Below, piece after piece: positions 46,596 to 54,859 of a stretch of 64,000 bases of DNA (positions are counted from its first letter, which is position 1; every line of letters starts with the position of its first letter). The stretch lies in the IMG/VR virus record IMGVR_UViG_3300045988_098930; one strand, given 5' to 3'. The position numbers and the translations under genes are program-made. Below the pieces are notes generated by a model that had not been told where the DNA came from, searched no databases, and saw only the letters and a list, made by a program, of their open reading frames with translations. This DNA is from a virus.

Positions 46596-46853
46596 TTAAA
46601 AAATGAAAGGGTTTCCGAAAAAGGATATGAGGTCCAACAGACCATCGTTATCATGGTAGTCTTTATTGTATTGGCGACGTAGTTCATACGCCTTCTTATC
46701 AGCCTCCTCTACTTCTGCCCAGCGTTTTGCCCGCTCATCACCCAGCCGTTTACGTTCAGCTTTCTCATTCTTGTCCTTTTCTTCTGCTTTCAGACATTCT
46801 TCTTCACTGTCAAACATCTGATGCAGGGCCTCCGAGTAGTAATAGTGCTTCAT
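46596..46853 (-). CDS. hypothetical charged coiled-coil protein
   Basis: ATG 46853 after AAAGGA, in frame with track ORF 46596..46910. Confidence 0.45.
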   Translation of the reverse strand: MKHYYYSEALHQMFDSEEECLKAEEKDKNEKAERKRLGDERAKRWAEVEEADKKAYELRRQYNKDYHDNDGLLDLISFFGNPFIF

Positions 46854-46885
46854 TTTCCAATCCTTTCTGTATTTATTTGGAATTT

Positions 46886-47194
46886 TTAATTCTCGCAACA
46901 TACAGCACACAATAGTTTGTATAAATCCTCTAATGTGTACAATGGTATTGGAGTGCCGTCATCCCATGTTGCTTGCAACTCGGTATTACGACCCCAATCT
47001 TTTTCAAAAATAAAATATTCAATCCATTTGTCCGTGTCGTGCATGACGCGCATTAGCATATCAACAGCAACATGAGCGCAACCGCCTTGCGACCAATCCC
47101 ACACCCAGAGACCGCACGCATTAACGGCATCAAGCCTATCAAACCATGCTTTAATTTCAAGCATGACTTCTTCAAACTCTTTATAAGTTAGCAA
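46886..47194 (-). CDS. hypothetical protein
   Basis: 102-aa ORF with a TTG start. Confidence 0.4.
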   Translation of the reverse strand: MLTYKEFEEVMLEIKAWFDRLDAVNACGLWVWDWSQGGCAHVAVDMLMRVMHDTDKWIEYFIFEKDWGRNTELQATWDDGTPIPLYTLEDLYKLLCAVCCEN

Positions 47195-47284
47195 TATTCA
47201 CTTTTCCTTTCTGGGCAAAAAATATAAATTAGAAGTGCAACGAACAGATACACTATATCATTTTTGGGGATCGTGGATAGGGGT

Positions 47285-47464
47285 CTACCCGATACTCACC
47301 ACACCGTTGGTGTCTATGTCGCAGTCAAAAGTAAACATATTGACCTCATACATATCGTCATCTTCATCATACGTCATATCAGAGGGCGCAAGAAACGTCC
47401 AGATAGATACCGGCGCATCAGCGGGGAATTGGCCGAGAATGGCCATAAGCTCATAAACTTTCAT
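47285..47464 (-). CDS. small hypothetical acidic protein
   Basis: ATGA overlap with the upstream stop. MKVYELMAILGQFPAD... Confidence 0.4.
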   Translation of the reverse strand: MKVYELMAILGQFPADAPVSIWTFLAPSDMTYDEDDDMYEVNMFTFDCDIDTNGVVSIG

Positions 47465-47658
47465 TCTACCTCCATTATGCAATCGTCAAGATTGCCTTCA
47501 GAATCCAACCATTTTAACAGCATAGCACATTTGGTGTTCGCCGAACCTTCCGTACACACTAATCTACACGGGCAATATTCGCACATATTAGTACAATCAG
47601 TGATGAACTCCACCATTTCTTGCTTGTTCAGGGATATAATTTGCTCGTATCTGGTCAT
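47461..47658 (-). CDS. small hypothetical Cys-rich protein
   Basis: ATG 47658 after AAGGAGG. CTNMCEYCPCRLVC...C. Confidence 0.45.
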   Translation of the reverse strand: MTRYEQIISLNKQEMVEFITDCTNMCEYCPCRLVCTEGSANTKCAMLLKWLDSEGNLDDCIMEVE

Positions 47659-47678
47659 GTTACCTCCTTTATCGGTGA

Positions 47679-47864
47679 TTATTCGCAAAAAACCATTTGT
47701 TTGCAACACGGACATCTGCACTGTGCGCTGACCCCATCATGTATATAGACTATTTGTGAACACACCTCATATTCCGATGAATCAGCTTCAAACTCACAGC
47801 CGCACGATGAACAAATGAACCGCTTAACTTTCTTATCAATTATACCCGCTCTAAGTATTTTCAT
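47679..47864 (-). CDS. small Zn-ribbon protein
   Basis: ATG 47864 after GGGAGGA. CSSCGC...CRCPCC. Confidence 0.45.
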   Translation of the reverse strand: MKILRAGIIDKKVKRFICSSCGCEFEADSSEYEVCSQIVYIHDGVSAQCRCPCCKQMVFCE

Positions 47865-48138
47865 CAACCAAATCCTCCCAATCAATTTTTTGTCCGCACA
47901 TATCGCAATATTGTTGATATTCGTGGTATCCCGGTGTTGTACGAGGAGTGCGAATATAACTTCCACAAACCGGGCAACCACAGTGCATGAAGGGGTCATA
48001 CATAAATACAAGAGGCTTCATTGGAATGGTTCGCATTATAGCTTTAGCGACTGTCGGAACGTCCTCGGCACTAATCGTACATTCCGTTCCTATGATTTCA
48101 TTACTCCATAAGCGTTTACACATTTCTTCTTTATTCAT
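47851..48138 (-). CDS. small Zn-ribbon protein
   Basis: HCGCPVCG...CDMCG. 95 aa. Confidence 0.45.
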   Translation of the reverse strand: MNKEEMCKRLWSNEIIGTECTISAEDVPTVAKAIMRTIPMKPLVFMYDPFMHCGCPVCGSYIRTPRTTPGYHEYQQYCDMCGQKIDWEDLVDENT

Positions 48139-48179
48139 TTACGCCCTTCGTCAGTTGCCTTTTTAGTGCGACAACCTTC

Positions 48180-48401
48180 TTAAACCTCGCCTACCTCATC
48201 ATTGATCGTTGCCGCAATCGCCATTAGTAACGGAGTACCAACAAGCAGCGTTGTCACCCCCCATACTATATTTTCAGTGAATATACCTACGAATATCGGG
48301 CTAAACAGTGCTACGATGTATAGCACGATAACGAATATACAAAGGGCTATATCACGAAATTTTTCCGCTACATTTTTCAAAAAGTATTTACACTCTAACA
48401 T
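48180..48401 (-). CDS. small membrane protein (two TM helices)
   Basis: IALCIFVIVLYIVALFSPIFVGIF and VWGVTTLLVGTPLLMAIAA. Confidence 0.45.
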   Translation of the reverse strand: MLECKYFLKNVAEKFRDIALCIFVIVLYIVALFSPIFVGIFTENIVWGVTTLLVGTPLLMAIAATINDEVGEV

Positions 48402-48421
48402 TTAATGTCTCCCTATCATAT

Positions 48422-48547
48422 CGTGTGAGATTTATTGCACACAGATATGGTCTGTTGAACATTCCGATACCCATACTTTTGGTACAATGTGTCTGAGTCC
48501 TTTAGTATTTGACGCGCCGTTTGCAAATCCTTCTGCAATTCATTCAT
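48422..48547 (-). CDS. small hypothetical protein (41 aa)
   Basis: ATGA overlap with the upstream stop. MNELQKDLQTARQILK... Confidence 0.3.
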
Positions 48548-48978
48548 TGTTTACCCCACTTCCCTTCTTTAGTCTGCTGTTGAATATCTGGTATTGCCGG
48601 GTTATTTGGTACTCGTGCGCTATACACTTGGTTCTGTTGTTTAGCTACAATCTTCCGTGAGTCTCCTTTAATCTGTGCTAATTTAGATGCCAAAGTGTTT
48701 TGCGTCTGAGTAAAATCATACAACCCTTTTAAAACTTCGTTTTCTTCTTTAGCCTGTCGCCTGCGGATTCTGGCCTCACGTAATGACTTATAACACGCAT
48801 ACCCATCACGAGCATTCTTCGGATTGGACAATTCTATGTCATGCAGAATGTCTTGAATTTCATCATTGGCTTCTTTGTATATATCCTCATTCAATCTATA
48901 CCGTTGTTGCACATCAGTAAGAATACTGAGAATAGCGTCAATATTACGTTCCGCTAAATTCTCCACAAGGGCCATCAC
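48544..48978 (-). CDS. hypothetical helical protein
   Basis: 144-aa ORF. First gene downstream of the tRNA pair. Confidence 0.5.
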   Translation of the reverse strand: MMALVENLAERNIDAILSILTDVQQRYRLNEDIYKEANDEIQDILHDIELSNPKNARDGYACYKSLREARIRRRQAKEENEVLKGLYDFTQTQNTLASKLAQIKGDSRKIVAKQQNQVYSARVPNNPAIPDIQQQTKEGKWGKQ

Positions 48979-48999
48979 CTACCTTTCAATTTTCACTAC

Positions 49000-49083
49000 T
49001 GGTGCTCAAGGCGGGATTTGAACCCGCAAGGCTTTTGCCGACAGATTTTAAGTCTGTTGTGTATGCCGTTCCACCACTTGAGC
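49000..49083 (-). tRNA. tRNA-Leu (anticodon UAA)
   Basis: Manual cloverleaf. Acceptor GCTCAAG/CTTGAGC. Anticodon arm ACAGA-CTTAAAA-TCTGT. Long variable arm GGC-AAAA-GCC. T arm CGGG-TTCAAAT-CCCG. Encoded CCA. Confidence 0.85.
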
Positions 49084-49164
49084 GTGATGCCCGTCTTTCC
49101 GAGCTGTCACAAGTCTGTTCCCTGTTGTCAACTCTATTAAGGGGAGTTCAATGCGGTTGCCCGC

Positions 49165-49240
49165 TGGCTGAGGTGGCAGGATTTGAACCTGCGTGTGTCA
49201 GAGTCAAAGTCTGATGCCTTTACCACTTGGCGACACCTCA
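49165..49240 (-). tRNA. tRNA-Gln (anticodon UUG)
   Basis: Manual cloverleaf, 76 nt. Acceptor TGAGGTG/CACCTCA (U1-A72). Anticodon arm TCAGA-CTTTGAC-TCTGA. T arm GCAGG-TTCAAAT-CCTGC. Encoded CCA. Confidence 0.85.
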
Positions 49241-50364
49241 ATGCAATGGGCGGTTTGCACCGCCCTAAATTGTTGTTTGATATTGCATATACTACGATAT
49301 GCGTGAAAGCGGTGAGCATGGCCTGCCCACGAATCAACCGACACCCGAATGTCGTCTAAACTCATTCGACCCGCCGCTAACCATCGAGCGAACTTCTTTA
49401 ACTTGCGCCGCATAGTTGTCACTGATAGCGGACTGAGTTTTCGCCACACACCGCCATGTTTGTTTAAAACATACAACCCCTTTAAGAAAGTCACACCGTT
49501 ACTCAGTTTGGCAATCTGCGTCTTTTTAGGGTTTAACTTAATTCCCAACTTATCACATTCGGCTTGCAACTGATATAAACACAAAGTTAAATACTGTTTA
49601 CTTGGATGAATCATATACCCATCATCCATATATCGCGCATAATATTTGATGCCCAACTTTTCTTTCACAAAATGGTCGATACGATTAGGGAGTGCTAAGG
49701 CACATATCTGTGAGACTTGACTGCCCAGCCCTAATCCTTGATCACCAAATTGTTTGATAAAATATTCGGTTTGCCGAAGCACATCTTGATCTGTGATACA
49801 ACGGCGTAACTCCTGAAATACCGCCGCATGATTGGCAGAGTCAAAGTATTTAGAAAAGTCAAACGTGAGTACATAACCTTCATTTGTACCATACTTATTA
49901 TAGTATTGATGTAAATGTTTGACAAGGCGTTGCATCGAAAAGTCAATTCCCTTGCCTTTGAGAGATGCCCCGTTATCGTAAATGAAGGTACTACTAAGAA
50001 GTGGTATCAAAGCATAATCGCACAGACAACGTTGAATTACCCTTTCCGAAATATGAACACTGCGGATATGTCGCGGTTTGCCGCGTTCAATCAAATCAAA
50101 TTCTACAAACCCCTTACTGCGATATGTTCCGTTTAATAGGCGTTGCCTATCGCAGTAGATATTGTCCAGCGCATTAGCCTTATACTCCTGCACGCTGCAC
50201 TTCCAGCCTACGCCCTTGCGCGACGCCTTCCATGCTTTGTATAAGTGCTCCATTGAGAAAATCTCATTAAAGTTACCGACAGCCGCATTGCGCTTGGCGC
50301 GTTGTGCTTCTCGGTATTGTTTGCGGCGTTGATACCGCAGTTCATGCCGTTCTTCACTTGTCAT
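49204..50364 (-). CDS. DGR reverse transcriptase
   Basis: ATG 50364 after GAAGGA. RT motifs LTFDFSKYFDS, LGLGSQVSQ, ARYMDDGYM. Lies next to the TR. The last 12 codons and the stop lie inside tRNA-Gln. Confidence 0.9.
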   Translation of the reverse strand: MTSEERHELRYQRRKQYREAQRAKRNAAVGNFNEIFSMEHLYKAWKASRKGVGWKCSVQEYKANALDNIYCDRQRLLNGTYRSKGFVEFDLIERGKPRHIRSVHISERVIQRCLCDYALIPLLSSTFIYDNGASLKGKGIDFSMQRLVKHLHQYYNKYGTNEGYVLTFDFSKYFDSANHAAVFQELRRCITDQDVLRQTEYFIKQFGDQGLGLGSQVSQICALALPNRIDHFVKEKLGIKYYARYMDDGYMIHPSKQYLTLCLYQLQAECDKLGIKLNPKKTQIAKLSNGVTFLKGLYVLNKHGGVWRKLSPLSVTTMRRKLKKFARWLAAGRMSLDDIRVSVDSWAGHAHRFHAYRSICNIKQQFRAVQTAHCIEVSPSGKGIRL

Positions 50365-50571
50365 AAAAATCCTTCGTATGGCTATAACGTGTTGCAGCCA
50401 CATAGTTGCGACCATGAAAACAGAGAGAGCACGTATCATCTGTCCATGCAAGCAGCGTCCGGTCGCTTTCATCAAAGAATCACATTTACCCTTACAGGAA
50501 GGTCTTAGGCTCCTTCTATTTGTTGTACTGAGTTCGCTTCTAAAAGAAGTTAATACGTCGGACATGAAATG

Positions 50572-50699
50572 GAATCCCAGCGCCACGCCATTCGAGTTAT
50601 TGGCATTGTCATTGTTCGCGCTCCCAGATGTGTTAACCATACAGAAGTTGTTGGAGTTATTGACATTCGCGGAGCGTAGCCAAACATTACAAGCGGAGC
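50572..50699 (-). repeat. DGR template repeat (TR)
   Basis: 128 bp collinear with 51255-51382. AAY-rich (reads ..NVWLRSANVNNSNNFCMVNTSGSANNDNANNSNGVALGF). Differences from the VR fall at TR adenines. Confidence 0.85.
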
Positions 50700-50730
50700 A
50701 AATGCTATACAGCCTAAAACCTAAACACAA

Positions 50731-51153
50731 TTATGAGGAAGTCTTGCCAGCTTTTAGTTTAAGGAAACGCGCTTTGTCGGTTTTCTTAACACCTTGAATC
50801 AATTCCATTTCCTTGTGGATCATAGCTATCCATGCTTCTTCGGCGTTTAAAGAGATAATGCAATCTTCGTAAGCTAAAGTAATTTCATCATATAGATTTT
50901 GCAGGCATTGATACGCCTTGTTCAAATAACGGGTGCGCTCATCAAGCTGGGCTTGGTTGTTTACATATACACCATTAGCGGCACGCACATAATTGCAGCA
51001 ATGCGCCGCTAATTCGTTGATTCTGGCCCCGCCATAAAATGTGCGACGTTTAGGAAATTTTAACGCCTTAGCACGGCTATACCGCCACAAATCCATGGCA
51101 GTATCTAAAAACTGTACATTACTTTTCTTACGTTTGCTTGCATATACCGACAT
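50731..51153 (-). CDS. avd: DGR accessory variability determinant (Avd)-like protein
   Basis: 140 aa, basic and helical. Canonical position between the target and the TR. Confidence 0.65.
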   Translation of the reverse strand: MSVYASKRKKSNVQFLDTAMDLWRYSRAKALKFPKRRTFYGGARINELAAHCCNYVRAANGVYVNNQAQLDERTRYLNKAYQCLQNLYDEITLAYEDCIISLNAEEAWIAMIHKEMELIQGVKKTDKARFLKLKAGKTSS

Positions 51154-51187
51154 TGTTTGTTCCTTTCATATTTTCGCCTGCCGTTGC

Positions 51188-51237
51188 TTCCCCTAACGGG
51201 GAAGTCAACGGGGGATTAAGGCGCTTTGCAAGCGCCT
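51188..51237 (-). promoter_or_regulatory. two GC-rich hairpins immediately downstream of the VR (candidate DGR target-recognition structure)
   Basis: AGGCGCTT-GCA-AAGCGCCT (51219-51237) and TTCCCC-GTTA-GGGGAA (51188-51203) on the - strand. Absent after the TR. Confidence 0.45.
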
Positions 51238-51245
51238 ATTTCCGA

Positions 51246-52160
51246 TTAAATACAGAAGCCCAGCGCCACGCCATACGAGTTACTGGCAATGTCACGGTTC
51301 GCGCTCCCAGATGCGTTAACCACACAGAAGGAGTAGGAGTTAACGACATACGCGGACCGTAGCCAAACATAACAAGCGGAGCCGTTCTGTGTAAAGATGT
51401 TGCTACTCCGAGTGTACTTGACACCCTCTTGCGTGCCGGAGTAAGAAGTTACACCCAGAATTTCATACTCAGACCCCGGCCACAGCCTATCTGATGTAGG
51501 ATTTGCGCCCTTATTATTTACCTTATTAACAGCCTTAATGCCGTTCGTTGCCTGTAATTCTGCGGGCAACAAAGTGAGATATGAAGGTACAGTCGTAGAA
51601 CGCATCCGAGACGCACCCCAGCCACCCTCATTTGTGTTGCTACTATTCATCTGAGCGCTGGCAGAAAAGCACTGCTTCATAAAGAAGGTTGCCGCAGCCT
51701 TACCGCCTGTGCCGCCGCCATCAGTACGAGCATCGGTACGTACACCGCATAATTCAACCGCAACAGTTTCAGAACCAAACGTCACATTCTTGGCCGCTTT
51801 AAGTGTAAACCCATTGAAATTCGTTATCAATTCACCGCTATTACATATAGAAATGATTTGTTCCCACGTCAACGCCGAGAACGGACTATTGGTACTGAAT
51901 AACTGCCACACACCCGCCACTCCGATATAGGCGTTGCAATACACCCATGTCGAACCGTTATACTGCATTGTGAGTCCGGGAGTCAGAGTTAAATTTTGTT
52001 TACCGGCCACATTAAGCTGATAGCCGCCACCATCTACTGTATGCACCCACAAATCGCCATTAGCGGGTTCAGCGGGCTTGACATAAGAAAAATAAATCGT
52101 TTCAGGCGTAGTAGCAGTTAATACTACTACCTGACCATCAACGACTGCGCTGGGGAGCAA
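51246..52160 (-). CDS. DGR variable (target) protein
   Basis: The ORF as sequenced starts at TTG 52160 without an SD. The same frame is open upstream through a G12 tract. The SD+ATG at 52230 would be in frame with 11 or 14 G. The C-terminus holds the VR (..YVWLRSAYVVNSYSFCVVNASGSANRDIASNSYGVALGFCI). Confidence 0.8.
   Translation of the reverse strand: MLPSAVVDGQVVVLTATTPETIYFSYVKPAEPANGDLWVHTVDGGGYQLNVAGKQNLTLTPGLTMQYNGSTWVYCNAYIGVAGVWQLFSTNSPFSALTWEQIISICNSGELITNFNGFTLKAAKNVTFGSETVAVELCGVRTDARTDGGGTGGKAAATFFMKQCFSASAQMNSSNTNEGGWGASRMRSTTVPSYLTLLPAELQATNGIKAVNKVNNKGANPTSDRLWPGSEYEILGVTSYSGTQEGVKYTRSSNIFTQNGSACYVWLRSAYVVNSYSFCVVNASGSANRDIASNSYGVALGFCI
51255..51382 (-). repeat. DGR variable region (VR)
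   Basis: The 3' end of the target ORF. 15 mismatches to the TR at TR-adenine positions plus one synonymous C>G. Shares the A-free element GGCGTGGCGCTGGG at the 3' end. Confidence 0.85.
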
Positions 52161-52186
52161 AGAAGCTATCTGTATATCAAAGGATA

Positions 52187-52198
52187 CCCCCCCCCCCC
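52187..52198 (-). repeat. poly-G(12) homopolymer in the 5' end of the DGR target gene
   Basis: 12 consecutive C on the + strand, counted directly. Confidence 0.95.
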
Positions 52199-52238
52199 GA
52201 TTTTTTGTTACATACCATATTAAATAACATGAAATTTT

Positions 52239-52673
52239 TTAATCCTCCTTTATTTGTTCGAACGACACAGTGACCGGCATACGCCAACCGGTCTGACTGG
52301 CGTTTAATATGGCCGTTATGAAATTCTTGGCTAACATGTCTTGGACCGCAGGCTGATTAAGCTCCGCTCTAATCATAGCCGAAAAGGCCGCTTGATTATT
52401 TTCAATCATTGTGGCTATTTCCTTAGACACAGTATCTTTGATAGCATTAGTTGCCAACCACCGCAAATACGGTTGCGCCCGATATGAACTCGAAGAACAT
52501 GGTTCACCTCTTTCATTTACCGAGCTGGCGACAACCGCCCGCACAGCTTTGCGCACTAATTCAGTTTTATCGCCCAACGCATCAGCGATTGCTATGCACA
52601 CAGCGTCGCTTACATTCTTTTCTATCAGAGCCTTGTCTATTTCAATGCCCATACTCAGTTTTTCAGTTGCCAT
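52239..52673 (-). CDS. hypothetical helical protein
   Basis: 144-aa ORF directly upstream of the DGR target. Its 3' end contains the AAGGAGG used by ATG 52230. Confidence 0.5.
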   Translation of the reverse strand: MATEKLSMGIEIDKALIEKNVSDAVCIAIADALGDKTELVRKAVRAVVASSVNERGEPCSSSSYRAQPYLRWLATNAIKDTVSKEIATMIENNQAAFSAMIRAELNQPAVQDMLAKNFITAILNASQTGWRMPVTVSFEQIKED

Positions 52674-52689
52674 TCCTCATCACCTCCTT

Positions 52690-53466
52690 TTAAAACGAAT
52701 AATCGTTTATCCATGACTCTATCCACAAACGCGCATCCTCCTTCTCCATGAAAAAATGAATACCGGTAGAACATTCGTTCCATCTGTTTGTATCATAATC
52801 GTCAACTTGAAGTGTTTGCCCAATTGTATACATAAAAGCATAATTATATATACTATGGATCGGCACTGCATCGGGAAGCTGTTGACCATTAGACAAGGTG
52901 TAAGCATCTAATACTATCGCCTTATTGCATCGGCATTTTCGAGTAGTTGCGCTACTTCTGTACGCATCGGCTGGAATTTCAAGTGTGACCAATACGGGGC
53001 ATATATGCAGATCTGGATCATAGCACCATGCCCCCTTGTACCCAATAAAGCTGCCGTTCATGGGACATTGAGGACGATAATAAAGCGTCTTATCATTAAC
53101 AATCGCAGTCTCTAAGCCACAGCAAAGAATAAATTTGCAAGTATACAAATTCGCATGGCACAAATTTACTTCTTGCAAATCACAGTGTACAAAGCTAACA
53201 CACCTCGCTAATGTACATCCTGTGAACACCGCCTTAGTGAAATTACACGCTACAAAATCACACTTGATAAAAACACAATCAATGAATTGCACATAACGCA
53301 AATCTTGATGGGAGGCGTTTATCTTGTTTATCACACAATTCCGCAATACTAATTGCTGGCCTTGACCGTTCTGCTCTATCCACAACCGATGCTGGCGCAC
53401 ACACTCTTCAAATTGAGCGACATCTATTACGACCATATATTCTCTCCTTACGCTACTAAAGTACAC
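52690..53466 (-). CDS. pentapeptide-repeat protein with C-terminal GIHFF-motif domain
   Basis: Runs such as NCVINKINASHQDLRYVQFIDCVFIKCDFVACNFTKAVFTGCTLARC fit A(D/N)LXX repeats. C-terminal ...CSTGIHFFMEKEDA. Confidence 0.65.
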   Translation of the reverse strand: MYFSSVRREYMVVIDVAQFEECVRQHRLWIEQNGQGQQLVLRNCVINKINASHQDLRYVQFIDCVFIKCDFVACNFTKAVFTGCTLARCVSFVHCDLQEVNLCHANLYTCKFILCCGLETAIVNDKTLYYRPQCPMNGSFIGYKGAWCYDPDLHICPVLVTLEIPADAYRSSATTRKCRCNKAIVLDAYTLSNGQQLPDAVPIHSIYNYAFMYTIGQTLQVDDYDTNRWNECSTGIHFFMEKEDARLWIESWINDYSF

Positions 53467-54743
53467 ACCTTATCCTTAACGTGCAAAGCAAGCGGAACGA
53501 GTTCGCCAATCATTTCCTTTATATAATCATTATCACCAGCTTCAGCATTAAGATTTAAGGTTTTAGAATTAAGATAAGTTTCCAATTCGGATTTGGTCGT
53601 ACACAAGAACTTTTTAAGCCCACCCATAGTATATGACGGCATAACAGGTTCGGCAAGGGGTGTCGGCTCTTGTTGCGCCAGTTCCCTTTCCAGCCGCTTG
53701 TTCTCGGCTCGAAGATTAGTCAATTCCCGCATTTGCTCAGAAGTCAAAGCATTGTCCTCCAACGCTTCTGTTTGCTCTAACAACTCTTGAATATACCCGT
53801 TAGCCTCATTGATCTTCTGTTGCGAATCCTGCAACTTGCACTTCAGATTATAATTTTCGCTGTTAGCCTTCTGGTAGTTCTCGTAAGCCCGTCTACAATC
53901 TTCTTGTAGTTTATCTATTTTGGCAACCAGTTCAGGATCACCCTTCTGTTTAAGCTCAGTAATACGGTCATCCAGTTCGTTATTCTTCGCCACAATCAAA
54001 TTAAGCCTATTGGCAAGCGACGCATTAGTACCTTGCCATTGCTTTTCCTTTTGCTCCATTTCAACTTGCTGTTGCCGTATCTGACACAAATATTTGTCAG
54101 TGAGCTTGGCTGTGATACGCTCCTTCACCGGCAGAGCATTATAAAGCTGCTCCTGCTCGTCCTCTGATAGCTTGCCTATGATACGTGAAGCGACGCTGGC
54201 AGATACATTGCCGGAATCCAACAGCTCTTGCCAATCTGGGATAAGATCGGACAAAGATTTGAATTGCCTATACGAAGCATAATCAATACCGGCAGCTTTG
54301 CAAGCCTCCTCTGCTGTCACAGGTTCACCCGAAGTTGTTACATTGTCACAACTTTTATGTTTACCACCTCCATCTACCTTATATATACGCCGCAGCTCAT
54401 CCACCCGATGTACTGCTTTCAGCTCACTGCCGCCTATATTGCCTCTCTGCCGCACATTGGTTTCTATCAAATCCTTGATGACCCAATCTTCAGCACACCT
54501 ACCATCGTGGTTGTCATAGTGCCTAACCTCACCAAGTATGGTGACAATTCCCAATTCCCTGCAAGCCCGCACTCGCTGGTGGCCGGACACAATAATTAAG
54601 TCCTGCGTAACCACAATAGGTTCAATAACCCCACTGGTTTTGATGCTTTCCTTAAATTCTTCCCATTTCTGTCCACTCATTTCATCAAAGAAATACTCGT
54701 TTTGCGGATGCGCCTGCAATTTGCTGACTTGTAATGCCTGCAT
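53448..54743 (-). CDS. ParB-like nuclease-domain protein with long coiled coil
   Basis: N-terminal IEPIVVTQDLIIVSGHQRVRACRELG (ParB/Srx GxxR motif). C-terminal heptad-rich region. 431 aa. Confidence 0.6.
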   Translation of the reverse strand: MQALQVSKLQAHPQNEYFFDEMSGQKWEEFKESIKTSGVIEPIVVTQDLIIVSGHQRVRACRELGIVTILGEVRHYDNHDGRCAEDWVIKDLIETNVRQRGNIGGSELKAVHRVDELRRIYKVDGGGKHKSCDNVTTSGEPVTAEEACKAAGIDYASYRQFKSLSDLIPDWQELLDSGNVSASVASRIIGKLSEDEQEQLYNALPVKERITAKLTDKYLCQIRQQQVEMEQKEKQWQGTNASLANRLNLIVAKNNELDDRITELKQKGDPELVAKIDKLQEDCRRAYENYQKANSENYNLKCKLQDSQQKINEANGYIQELLEQTEALEDNALTSEQMRELTNLRAENKRLERELAQQEPTPLAEPVMPSYTMGGLKKFLCTTKSELETYLNSKTLNLNAEAGDNDYIKEMIGELVPLALHVKDKVCTLVA

Positions 54744-54784
54744 TATTGTTTCCTCCCACGATATTATTTTGTGATGTGTCTGTA

Positions 54785-54813
54785 ATTATATCCTTATAGG
54801 ATACTTTAGTCAA
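54785..54813 (-). promoter_or_regulatory. sigma-70/sigma-A type promoter
   Basis: On the - strand: TTGACT, 17 nt, TATAAT. Lies about 40 nt upstream of the ParB-like gene. Confidence 0.5.
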
Positions 54814-54859
54814 CAAGTGATATGCTAAATAACCCCTTGACAAAACCCAACAACCTTAT

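Noticed and set aside
49084-49164. A third tRNA or tRNA pseudogene in the 81-nt spacer between tRNA-Leu and tRNA-Gln. It shares AACAGACTT with the Leu anticodon arm.
   Set aside because: No acceptor-stem complementarity, no T-loop (GTTCRANYC), and the anticodon stem does not close.
50365-50730. The N-terminal 122 codons of the 508-aa track ORF 49204..50730 (MCLGFRLYSICSACNVWLRSANVNNSNN...).
   Set aside because: This part is the DGR template repeat and spacer read in an open frame. It mirrors the target C-terminus because TR copies VR. The RT proper starts at ATG 50364, which has its own SD.
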